A DNA stretch of 64,000 nt, taken from assembly GCF_004010195.1 (NCBI RefSeq), contig NC_057749.1, positions 15,796,549 through 15,860,548 on the forward strand. The letters run 5' to 3'. How positions within the stretch are numbered: position 1 is the stretch's first letter; every line of letters begins with the position of its first letter. The DNA is from Chiloscyllium plagiosum (lineage: Eukaryota). The position numbers and the translations under genes were made by a program. The notes below the pieces were generated by a model, which searched no databases, was not told the DNA's origin, and saw only the letters and a program-made list of their open reading frames with translations. Of this stretch, positions 47,026 to 57,822 are shown one piece after another.

Positions 47026-47821
47026 GAATTAAAGATAAACGATCAACAAACCCTGAGAGAACAATCATGGTGGAGTTATAAATCAGTGTGTTTTGCTTTG
47101 AATTAATTGCTCAAACTTTTTTCCTGGTCATGAAAAGTTGTTGTCTGAGAGCCTAGAATTATCCAATCAGGCACGTTCTCATGTCTTCCTGACTGTCAGG
47201 TGGTCTGTGATGGACCTGTCCAGGAACCAATGCTGGGGGGCTGTGGGCGGGGCAAGACTACATCCACTGAGAAATAGCAACTCCATTTCTGAATTCTACT
47301 GTAATTCTGAGTTTCTGTGACTCTTTGACATACTTTGAACTTGATCTTGGGGTGTGGGAGTTACTGGCTGGGCCAGCATTTATTCCCTGTCCCTAATTGC
47401 CATTCAGAAGGCAGATGTAACACAAAAGATAAGGACAGTTTCTTGGTGTAGACCATTCAGCCCATCGAGTGTGTCCCACCATTTGATTCATGTTGATCTG
47501 GTAATCCACAACTTCACTTTCCTGCCCATAAAGTTGGTTACTACCACACCAGTAACACTACTGGTGTGTTAGCTCCTGAGGGGAAAAAAAGCAGTGAACC
47601 AGTAATACTTGGAACCAATCACACTGGTTGTACTGGAGCTCCATTTTGACATATACAAGACCACCTGAACCAGTATGTCTCATTTGCCATTTTTACTGGT
47701 TTTCCTTTCCCTTGTTGAAAGATTGGTGAGAGCAACAAAGGGAAGATTTAGATTTCTGGCAGGCCCCTAAGCCATTGGTTGGAGTTGTAATATCTTGACC
47801 TATTGACCGGAGCTCCAAAAC

Positions 47822-48330
47822 CAGAAGACCATCAGATGTAGGACCAGAAGTAGAGCATTCAGCCCATCAAGTCTGCCATTCAATGAGAGCATGACTGACC
47901 TGATAATCCTCAACTCCACCATCCTGCCTTATCCCCATAACCCTGGATTCCCTTACTGATTAAACATCTGGCTATCTCAGCCTTGAATGTACTCAATGGT
48001 CCAACTTCTCCAACCACCTCCACAGATTCACCACCCTCCAAGATAAGAAATTCCTCCTCATCTCTGTCTTAAATGTACAACCTCTAATTCTGAGATGATA
48101 TTCTCTGGTCCAGACTCTTCCACAAAGGGAAAACAGCCTTTCTGCATCTATTCTGACAAGTCCTCGAAGAATCTTGCCTTTCAGTAGGGTCGTCTTTCAT
48201 TCATCCAAACCCCAATGGGTACAGAGTCAACCTCCTCAACATTTCGTCATAAGGCAGTCCCTCCATACCATGGAATCAACCCAGTGAACTTTCTCTGGGC
48301 TGCCTCCTGTACCAGTATTATCTTTCCTTT
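47822..48330 (-). mobile_element. Decayed CR1 3' fragment
   Basis: GCATTCAGCCCATCAAGTCTG tail; AAATTCCTCCTCATCTCTGT. Confidence 0.75.
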
Positions 48331-48489
48331 GATATAATGTGGAGAACTCTTTGTGGAGTTCTCAAGTCATGGTGTTATTGCCCAATTACTTCAAACAGAC
48401 AGCTTAGAATTTATGGGATGTGGTTAAGACACAGACCAGGACAAATAGCAGCAATCCCTAGTTGCCACCACTGGTTGTCTTACTGAAGG

Positions 48490-48755
48490 GCCTCACAGGA
48501 CCAGGTACCCAGGTTCGATTCCAGCCTCTGGCAACCATCTGTGTGATGGTTGCACATTCTCCCCGTGTCTGCATGGATTTCCTCTGAGTGCTCTGGCATC
48601 CTCCCACAATTCAATGATGTGCAGGTTTGGTGGATTGGCCGTGCTAAATTGCCCCATTGTGTCCAGAGGTGCACAGGTTGGGTGGGTTAGCAATGGGAAG
48701 TTGCAGGGTAACAGGAAAAGGGTAGGATATTCTTTGAAGGGTCAGTGTGGACCCA
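48490..48755 (+). mobile_element. Degenerate HE1-type SINE
   Basis: CCAGGTTCGATTCCAGCCTCTGG..GCACATTCTCCCCGTGTCTGC. Confidence 0.8.
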
Positions 48756-50064
48756 ACTCCCAGTCAAGCATATTTTCATCGGAGTAACTTCTGAATATTT
48801 CAGAATTAAGTGTTTAAAAATGCTCCTCTACGGGCAGCCATGAGACTATTCTCCAATCCACAGAGACCACCAGTACAAATCTGGGGAGGTGGGGGTTGCA
48901 GCTTGACAGCCCAATGTTGAATGTTCTCTTGCAGAGATGGATGATGTGAATTGTCCCTTTAGTCTTGCTGAGTCACCCTGTGAATCATTCAGAAGTGAAA
49001 TTGTAGCATTGTCTGTGTAATGACATGTTAACTTCTTTTTAATTGCACTGGGGATAACAAAGCCAGGTTTGCTAAGATCTTACTGAATAATTGGATGCTC
49101 TGTTCCCCTGTTACACTCCTCATAAAAGTCAGATTTGTGGCTTGGCCCACTTGCCTTCACCCGCAATCATTTTCTTTCCTCTCTCTTCATGCTGCTCATT
49201 CTGACAACTCATTCTTTGCTGATCCTCCCCTTTGACATTGTTTTCCCTGTAAAGTTTTGTGGGCTGTGGGTATTACTGGTGTTTATTAGCTCAGTCCTGG
49301 GACTGAATGGCTTTCCTGACCCATTTCAGAGGCCTGTTAGGAATCATCTACGTCAATCTGGGTTTGGACTCACGTTTAGATCAGAACAGGTAAAGAAAGC
49401 AGATTTCATTCCCTGAAGCCTATTGGTCAATCAGATGAATTTTTATAATAATTATTGACACTTGTACAGTCACCATCACTGGGACTAACTTCCATTTCTA
49501 GATTTTAATGAACTGAGTTTAAATTATGGGGTTTGAACTCTCATCCGCTGACCACTGGATTCCCAGTCCAAGTGACATTACCACGACACCACCATCTCCT
49601 CTCCCCAGGATGCCCTGCCTACAAGGCAGGGTATCGAGCACTGACTGTGGACTGTTCACGGGCTGCATGGGGAGCTGGGTTTGACACTCAGCCTCCATCT
49701 GTTTCAGGAGAGGGGGACTGGGAATGTATGGACCGATCAGTAAACAGTTGATCTAAGAAAGACTTACATTTCAATAGTGCTGCAAAACAAAGCAAGGATG
49801 CTGTGAGAGATACTTTTTTCACTCAGCGAGTGGTCAGGGTGTGGAGGCCACTGCCTGGGAACGTAGTGGAGGCAGTTTCAATGAGACATTTAAGAGAGTA
49901 TTGGTTTTTTGTGTAATGAGAATCAATAGACAGGGTTACTGGGAAAAGGCAAGCAATTGGTGCTCAGTGATAGAAGCAGTACAACAAGATGGGCTAAATG
50001 GCTTCTCTCTAGGGCATAACAATTCTGTAATAGCACTTTCACAACTACCACAGGTTTCAGTGCA

Positions 50065-51459
50065 TCTGTGTTTTTCTGTGTTAGTGTTTGTGTGTCTGTG
50101 TGTTAGTGTGTGTGTGTCTGTGTTAGTGTTTGTATGTCTGTGTGTTAGTTTTTATGTGTCTGTGTTAGTGTTTGTGTGTCTGTGTGTTAGTCTGTGTCTG
50201 TGTTAATGTTTGTGTGTCTGCGTCTGTGTTAGTGTTTGTNNNNNNNNNNNNNNNNNNNNNNNNNNNNNNNNNNNNNNNNNNNNNNNNNNNNNNNNNNNNN
50301 NNNNNNNNNNNNNNNNNNNNNNNNNNNNNNNNNNNNNNNNNNNNNNNNNNNNNNNNNNNNNNNNNNNNNNNNNNNNNNNNNNNNNNNNNNNNNNNNNNNN
50401 NNNNNNNNNNNNNNNNNNNNNNNNNNNNNNNNNNNNNNNNNNNNNNNNNNNNNNNNNNNNNNNNNNNNNNNNNNNNNNNNNNNNNNNNNNNNNNNNNNNN
50501 NNNNNNNNNNNNNNNNNNNNNNNNNNNNNNNNNNNNNNNNNNNNNNNNNNNNNNNNNNNNAGAGAGAGAGAGACAGAGAGAGACAGAGAGAGAGAGAGAC
50601 AAAGAAAGAGAGAGAGAGAGAATGACAGAGAGAGACAGGCGGAGAGAGACTGAGAGCTGGCAAGTGATTTCGGGGGGTTGAAGGTGAGGGTTATTGGTGC
50701 TGTAGAGGAGTGAGCAAGGACAGAGTGTGATGGATGAGACAGTTCAGAGCTGTAAGGCTCTCTAGAGTCCAATTATCATGCAGCAGATTTCAGCACAGGC
50801 AATATAAATCAGCAGGAGGCACTCTCAAACATCCAGCAAGGAGCACATTTAATCGTGTGTGAGTGTGTGTGTGTGTGTGTGTGTGTCTGTGTGTGTGTGT
50901 CTGTGTGTTAGTGTTTATGTGTCTGTGTGTTAGTGTGTATGTGTGTCTGTGTGTTAGGGTTTGTGTGTCTGTGTCTGTGTGTTAGTGTGTGTGTCTGTGT
51001 GTTAGTGTTTGTGTGTTAGTGTGTGTGTTAGTGTGTGTTAGTGTTTGTGTGTCTGAGTTTGTGTGTTAGTGTGTGTGTCTGTGTGTTAGTGTTTGTGTGT
51101 TAGTGTGTGTGTTAGTGTGTGTTAGTGTTTGTGTGTCTGAGTTTGTGTGTTAGTGTGTGTGTCTGTGTGTTAGTGTTTGTGTGTTAGTGTGTGTGTTAGT
51201 GTGTGTTAGTGTTTGTGTGTCTGAGTTTGTGTGTTAGTGTGTGTGTCTGTGTGTTAGTGTTTGTGTGTTAGTGTGTGTGTTAGTGTGTGTTAGTGTTTGT
51301 GTGTCTGAGTTTGTGTGTTAGTGTGTGTGTCTGTGTGTTAGTGTTTGTGTGTTAGTGTGTGTGTTAGTGTGTGTTAGTGTTTGTGTGTTAGTGTGTGTGT
51401 GTTAGTGTGTGTGTCTGTGTGTTAGTGTTTGTGTGTCTGTGTGTTAGTGTGTTTGTGTG
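50065..51459. repeat. Microsatellite cluster: TG-rich 50065-50239, GA-rich 50561-50652, TG-rich 50855-51459 with an 84-bp higher-order period
   Basis: Marker CTGAG recurs at 51053, 51137, 51221 and 51305. Confidence 0.92.
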
Positions 51460-52407
51460 CGCGGAATAAAACCCGACCAAGACATCAGGGTTAACTAGAC
51501 TGCTGTTCTCTCTAACAGGGCCATGGGATCTGCCGCTGAATTAGACAGATGCCACCTTGTCTTCCAACAGTGTGGCATTTCCTCAGTACAACAATAGAAT
51601 GTGCAGATTTTTCCACTAAGCCCCTGGAATGGGATTTGAACCAGGACTGTTCAGATGAACACCCTGATGTGAAAACATGTGCATTAACAAGAACAAAATA
51701 GATATTGTTCTTGAGCAGCTATGAGTAAAAGATACAAAGCAAGGAGTTTCTCTTTTGTCTGACTGTTGTGAGTTTATCAATATGCCACTCCTTCCCCTCC
51801 ACCTTACCCCCTTACATCCTAATATTACCAATTCAAAGCTGCAGTAAATTTAATATTGATCTGACTGAGAGCCACAGCTGGGCCTGAAAGGGCCGATCTG
51901 CTCCCAATTTGACAGCAGATGGTCAGAGTGAATTGCTGGGTTGTACCTGGTCCCTCATTGGGATTAGACACAACATGTGCACAACTGGTCAATTCCTGAA
52001 TTGCTGCTTTAAATCCCAGAGAGAAGAGACCCTTGTAACCTTATGTAACCTAACTCCCCATCAAACCTGCCTTCCTGCCTATGCTGAGAGTTTTGACACT
52101 GTCTTGTGCTTTAAATTCAGCCGATGGTCTGCTTAAATTAACTAATACAGCATTCCACACCCTGAAACATTTAGCTTCAGTGCACTGCCTAAAGTAGATC
52201 TACCATCCGTCTCCTAGCTTCAAAACTCTACTCAATATTTACACCTATCTACACCTGTGTTACCAATAGAGAGCTCTGTGCCTATTGTGGTGACCCCTCC
52301 ACCTGTCTCATCTGTAATGATTCCTGGGTCTCTGCTATCCATGGAGAGCCATGGGTACCTTCAGAAAACTCTACACATGCGTTACATGTAGAGCCTCCTA
52401 CCTGTGT

Positions 52408-52721
52408 AGATTAGATTCCCTACAGTATGGGAACAGGCCCTTCAGCCCAACAAATCCACACTGACCCTCCAAAGAGCAACCCACCCAGACCCACTCCCCT
52501 ACCCTACATTCAACCCTGAGTGATGCACCTTACACTATGGCCAATTCACCTGACCGGCACATCTTTGGACTGTGGGAGGAAACCGGAGCACCCGGAGGAA
52601 ACCCACACAGACGCGGGGAGAATGTGCAAATTCCACACAGACAGTTGCTAGAGGTTGGAATCAAACCCGGGTCCCTGGTGCTGTGAGGCAGCGGTGCTAA
52701 CCACTGAGCCACCGTGCCGCC
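52408..52721 (-). mobile_element. HE1-type SINE
   Basis: AGATTAGATTCCC tail; CCACTGAGCCACCGTGCCGCC head. Confidence 0.92.
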
Positions 52722-52723
52722 CC

Positions 52724-53225
52724 ATGTCTGTGTTATTTTTAGAGTCCTGTACTTGTGTTATCTGTATGGAGCCCTGTACCTATGTTACCTGTACAGATCC
52801 CTGTACCCGTGTTATCTGCACAGATCCCTGTACCTGTGTTACCTGTAGAGATCCCTGTACCCATGTTATCTGTAGAGAGCCCTGTATCTGTGTTATCTGT
52901 ATAGAACCCTGTATCTGTGTTATCTGTAGAGAGCCCTGTATCTGTGTTATCTGTAGAGAGCCCTGTATCTGTGTTACCTGTAGAGAGCCCTGTACCTGTG
53001 TTACCTGTAGAGAGCCCTGTACCTGTGTTACCTGTATGGAGCCCTGTATCTGTGTTATCCATAGAGAGCCCTGTACCTGTGTTACCTGTATGGAACCCTG
53101 TACCTGTGTTACCTGTAGAGAGCCCTGTACCTGTGTTACCTGTATGGAACCCTGTACCTGTGTTACCTGTATGGAGCCTGTACCTGTGTTACCTGTAGAT
53201 CCCCGTACCTATGTTAGTGGTAGAG
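52724..53225. repeat. 27-bp minisatellite, ~18 copies (degenerate units also at 52250-52407)
   Basis: Unit CCCTGTACCTGTGTTACCTGTAGAGAG. Confidence 0.95.
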
Positions 53226-53447
53226 AACTGTGTGCCATGTGATCTATCTGAGGGACTGTTTCTGGGAGTGTTTGCATTTGGCATCAGAATTCTGGGCTTG
53301 CTGCCCAGCCTCAGAATAGACAGGTCCTGCCAGTACCCCAAACACTCGAACAGCTCTCTACCTAGAGCTGATGAAAACTGGGCATTACTGAATCATTATT
53401 TTGGCAAAATTAGCTCCCTCCTGCATGAGGGGTATATTTATTTCAAG

Positions 53448-53820
53448 GGAGAGGTGGTGTCATCGCAATAATGTCACAGGACTAGCAACCCAGGACCCCA
53501 GGTTATATTCTGGGGACATCAGTTTAAATCCTTCCACAGCAGATGGTGAAATTTTAATTAATTGAAAAGCTAGTCTAACAATTCAATGTAATCAATGTCA
53601 GGAGTAAAAACCCATTGGATTTTATTAGCTAAAGTCCTTTATTTGGGGAGGGCCCTCTACTATCGTTACCCAGTCTGGCCTTCATATGTGGTAACAATAA
53701 GGTGGATTCTTAGCTGCCCTCTTAGATGGCGTACCAAGCCAAATAGTCCAAGGGCAATTAGTGATGGGCATCATGCTTCCCTCGCCAGTGATACACACCT
53801 CCCGTGGAAGAATAAAAAAA
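53448..53820 (+). mobile_element. Old tRNA-derived SINE with a LINE-like tail
   Basis: GGACTAGCAACCCAGG..GGGGACATCAGTTTAAATCC head; AAGGGCAATTAGTGATGGGCA..AAGAATAAAAAAA tail; similar remnants near 4080 and 49300. Confidence 0.55.
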
Positions 53821-54870
53821 ATTTACCCTCTCCCCCCCCAACAATGACAAGATGTCTCTTCAGACATAAAGAGTGATTGAGAAATTGATTCAGGCGCATG
53901 GGGACCAACCCCAGGGGGCCTGATCAGTCTGACTCAATGGGTGCCCAATATTGGAGTACAGAGTCTTGATTTGAAGACAACGAGGAGGATGAGAGGAGGC
54001 CAGGAGCATTGAATGGAGGTTCAGAACTAGATGAAAAAGCAAACCCATTCTGCTGAGGCTGGAAATTTCTTGGATAAATCGAGAATAATGAGGCTATCAA
54101 ATCACTTAAACACAACAAGCTGTCTACCTTTTGGGGACTGGCAGAACGTTTCTGACGTGTACAGAATGACCTTCTTTGCCTTTGTAATTCTATCTGCACT
54201 AATCTGGACAGAACGCTTTACAGTTGGATAGATGTAATTCTGTAACTGAGACAGATGTGGAAAACGAATATCCACATGGGACAGAGAAGATGATGGATTT
54301 TGTCTCATTTGTAACTTGGCCCACTATCGGGTGTTACTGGTTCCTGAGCTGAGATAGGGACAGGTAATAAATTAGCGATTTTTGAGAAGGTTTGTTGTTC
54401 AGGTTGATGATACGTCTCTAAGTTAGCTGCTGAGCTTACAGGTAATAAATGCTGGCCTACCCAGCATTCCCACATCCCGTGTAATAATTTAAAAAATAGA
54501 TTTTTGGGGAGTTCTCCACACACATCATGAGAGAAACGATTTGTATTTATATAACATCCGGTTCCATCATATGGACCGTTTGGATCACAAAGTGTAGTTG
54601 CTGTTTTGTGGATAACTGACTTTGTACACAGCAAGATCCCACAGCAGTACCTGAGGTGAAAGGCTGGCTCCTGTGTTTTTGCTGTTGGCTGGTCAGTTTG
54701 CCAGGAAATCTTGTTCTTCGTAAAGTGCCAATCACCCAAACAGGCCCCAGGATGCCTTGGTATTAATATCCCATAGCTGCTAGCCCCAACAGTGCAGCAC
54801 TCCATCAGCCCCGCACTGAAATCCCAGCTCAGTTCAGCTGCTTGAGTTCAGGAGTAAGGCTTGATGCCAG

Positions 54871-54968
54871 CACTGAAAACAACAAATGCTGGAGATCACA
54901 GCGGGTCAGGCAGCATCCATGGAGAGAGAACAAGCTAATGTTTTGAGTCTGGATGACTCCTCAGCAGG
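54871..54968 (-). mobile_element. Penelope-like fragment with a degenerate hammerhead
   Basis: Reverse complement CTGCTGA-GGAGTCATCCAGACTC-AAAACATTAGC; family tail. Confidence 0.6.
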
Positions 54969-55167
54969 TATCTGCATCTTGCTCATTCCCACAGAACAGG
55001 ATGGTTGTGGAGCTAATCACCCGGAGTGGGATTGAGAAACATATCAGCCATGATTGAATAGTGGAGCAGACTCGATAGCCTAATTGTACTTTGATATCTT
55101 ATAAATTTATCCCTAATTATCCTGGAGAAGGTGGTGGTGAGCTGCTCTCTTGCATCTCTGCAACCCA

Positions 55168-55492
55168 TGTGCTATTTAAGATAATCAGAGGGTTAGATAG
55201 GGTGGACAGTGAGAGCCTTTTTCCTCGGATGGTGATGGCTAGCATGAGGGGGCATAGCTTTAAATTGAGGGGTGATAGATATAGGACAGATGTCAGAGGT
55301 AGTTTCTTTACTCAGAGAGTAGTGGGGCATGAACACCCTGCCTGCAATAGCAGTAGACTCACCAACTTCTAATGGTCATAGGATAGGCATATGGATGAAC
55401 ATGGAATAGTGTAGGTTAGATAGGCTTCAGATTGGTTTCACAGGTCGGCAGAACATTGAGGGCCGAAGGGCCTGTATTGTTCTATGTTCTAT
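55168..55492 (+). mobile_element. CR1/HER1 3' fragment
   Basis: FKIIRGLDRVDSESLFP..RGHSFKLRGDRYRTDVRGSFFTQRVV; TTCTATGTTCTAT tail. Confidence 0.88.
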
Positions 55493-56683
55493 ACTGTGGA
55501 TAGACCCACAATGCCGTTAGGGAGGCAGTTCCTAGATTTTGACCCAGCGACAGTGAAGGAATGTTCCAGGACAGGTTGGTGAGTGGTTTGGAGCGGCACT
55601 TGCAGGCGGCAGTGTCCCCAGGCATCTGCTGCCCTTGTCCTTCTAGCTAGGTGAAGTCTCTGGTTTGGAAGGTGCTGTCACAGGAGTTTGGGGGATTGCT
55701 GTAGACCATAAGACATAGGAGTGGAAGTAAGGCCATTCGGCCCATCGGGTCTTCGGCTGTAGTACGTCTTGTGGACAGTATACAGTGCTGCCATTGCACA
55801 ATGTTTCGCTGATTGTGTCATGTTTTGGAACTGAGGGTTTGAAGCAGCTGGGTCAGACAATGTTTGCTTGTGGCACCAGGCATTGAGTAAATCCTCCCAC
55901 AGTCCCCTGGCTTTCCCCTCCCTCTAATTCCCCACCTCGTTATTTGAGGCTGATAGGCACCAGAGGATGATTGTGATCTAGAGGGAACACCTAATGGGCG
56001 GGACAGGGGTGGGGACCAAAGTAAAGTTGTATTTTTTATCCTCCCTCTGATCAACCCAGATCAGATGGGACTTGAACTTGGCCTTCCTGGCTCTGAGGTA
56101 GGGACACTACCACTGCTCTATGAGAACGCTCCAAGATATTTTGTACACTTGGCCAGAGAAACATTGAACCTGATATCAGCTGGCTTTTCCATCTGCCTGT
56201 TTTCAAATACAAGCACTCAAAACCTCGGAGTTCACTGACACAGAATGTAATCTTCTGCAATCTTACTCTCTCTTTGAATTTTAATGGCCCCCTTCTCGGT
56301 CGATGTTTCCTCAGCCACAAATAGTGCTGTTTTCACTAAAATTAGAGTTGTTTTGCAACATGACTCAGGGTTGTTTGCTTAAAACGCTTTATTGCCTGCG
56401 AACTGCGAACTAAGTGACATTAGCTGTGCCTCGTACTCCAAAAGCAGGAGGTAGGAATCCAGGCCGACAGGGTTTAGTGCAGTACTGAGGGAGCACTGCA
56501 CTGTCAGGCATTCAGTGGAGGTCCATCTGGCCCCTCAGAGTGGGGGAGGGGGAGGAGGGGAGGTGTCAGGGATGTAAAAGATCCAATGGCACCGTTCATA
56601 GGAGAATAGGGGAGATCTCCTTGATGCCCAGGACCAATAATTATCCTTTAAAAAAAGACAGATAATCTGATCATTATCTCGTT

Positions 56684-56941
56684 GGGCAGCACGGTGGCTC
56701 AGTGGTTACCACTGCTGCTCCACAGCGCCAGGGATCCGGGTTCGATTCCACCCTCGGGCGACTGTCTGTGTGGAGTTTACACATTCTCCTTGTGTCTATG
56801 TGGCTTTTCTCCGGGTGCTCCAGTTTCGTCCCACAGTCCAAAGATGTGCAGGTTAGGTGGATTGGCCATGGGAAATTGCCTGTAGTGTGCAGGCTAGGTG
56901 GATCAGCTGCAGGGTTCCACAATTGGGGTAGGGGACTGGGT
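56684..56941 (+). mobile_element. HE1-type SINE (runs into a gap), preceded by a Deu-SINE remnant (56470-56680)
   Basis: GCACGGTGGCTCAGTGG..GGTTCGATTCC; AGTGCAGTACTGAGGGAGCACTGCACTGTC. Confidence 0.88.
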
Positions 56942-57722
56942 NNNNNNNNNNNNNNNNNNNNNNNNNNNNNNNNNNNNNNNNNNNNNNNNNNNNNNNNNNN
57001 NNNNNNNNNNNNNNNNNNNNNNNNNNNNNNNNNNNNNNNNNNNNNNNNNNNNNNNNNNNNNNNNNNNNNNNNNNNNNNNNNNNNNNNNNNNNNNNNNNNN
57101 NNNNNNNNNNNNNNNNNNNNNNNNNNNNNNNNNNNNNNNNNNNNNNNNNNNNNNNNNNNNNNNNNNNNNNNNNNNNNNNNNNNNNNNNNNNNNNNNNNNN
57201 NNNNNNNNNNNNNNNNNNNNNNNNNNNNNNNNNNNNNNNNNNNNNNNNNNNNNNNNNNNNNNNNNNNNNNNNNNNNNNNNNNNNNNNNNNNNNNNNNNNN
57301 NNNNNNNNNNNNNNNNNNNNNNNNNNNNNNNNNNNNNNNNNNNNNNNNNNNNNNNNNNNNNNNNNNNNNNNNNNNNNNNNNNNNNNNNNNNNNNNNNNNN
57401 NNNNNNNNNNNNNNNNNNNNNNNNNNNNNNNNNNNNNNNNNGGCAGACATACCATTAGCTACATTTAGGGCCCCAAACCTCTCTCTGACTCTTTCCCCCT
57501 TCCTTTAAGATGTGCCTTAAAATCTACTTCCTCAAACCAGCTTTAGGCAAATTGTACAAATATTTCTTTAAATGTTGAGACCTTGGTTGCCAATCACTGC
57601 TGTGGGCCACCGAGTGAGCACTTTGCTATGTTAAATGTGTTGGTTAAAGGCACATTGTTGTTGTGAGCTAGAAATGATAGCTGATAGAAATTTCTGACAC
57701 TAAAAGACCTGCCTTGAGGTGA

Positions 57723-57822
57723 CAAAAACAGAAATTGTTGGAAAAGCTCAGCAGATCTTGCAGCATCTGTGCAGAGAAATTCAGAGTCAACATTTCAGGT
57801 TGCGTGACCCTTCCTCAGAACA
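57723..57822 (-). mobile_element. Penelope-like fragment with a CTGAGGA hammerhead variant
   Basis: Reverse complement CTGAGGA-A-GGGTCACGCAACCT-GAAA-TGTT; TSD GCCTTGAGGTGA at 57711-57722 and 57823-57834. Confidence 0.75.

Noticed and set aside
46541..47081. 158-163 aa ORFs (RECCTVRGSVL repeats), also at 27666 and 37042
   Set aside because: They are translations of the 33-bp minisatellite.
50775..50807. ATCATGCAGCAG (IMQQ) as the expected next MCF2L2 exon
   Set aside because: Not preceded by DE or an acceptor, and it hits a stop after a few codons.
53960..54231. Coding-looking acidic stretch (FEDNEEDERRPG..) and a 66-aa ORF
   Set aside because: Bounded by stop codons, with no splice signals and no recognisable family.
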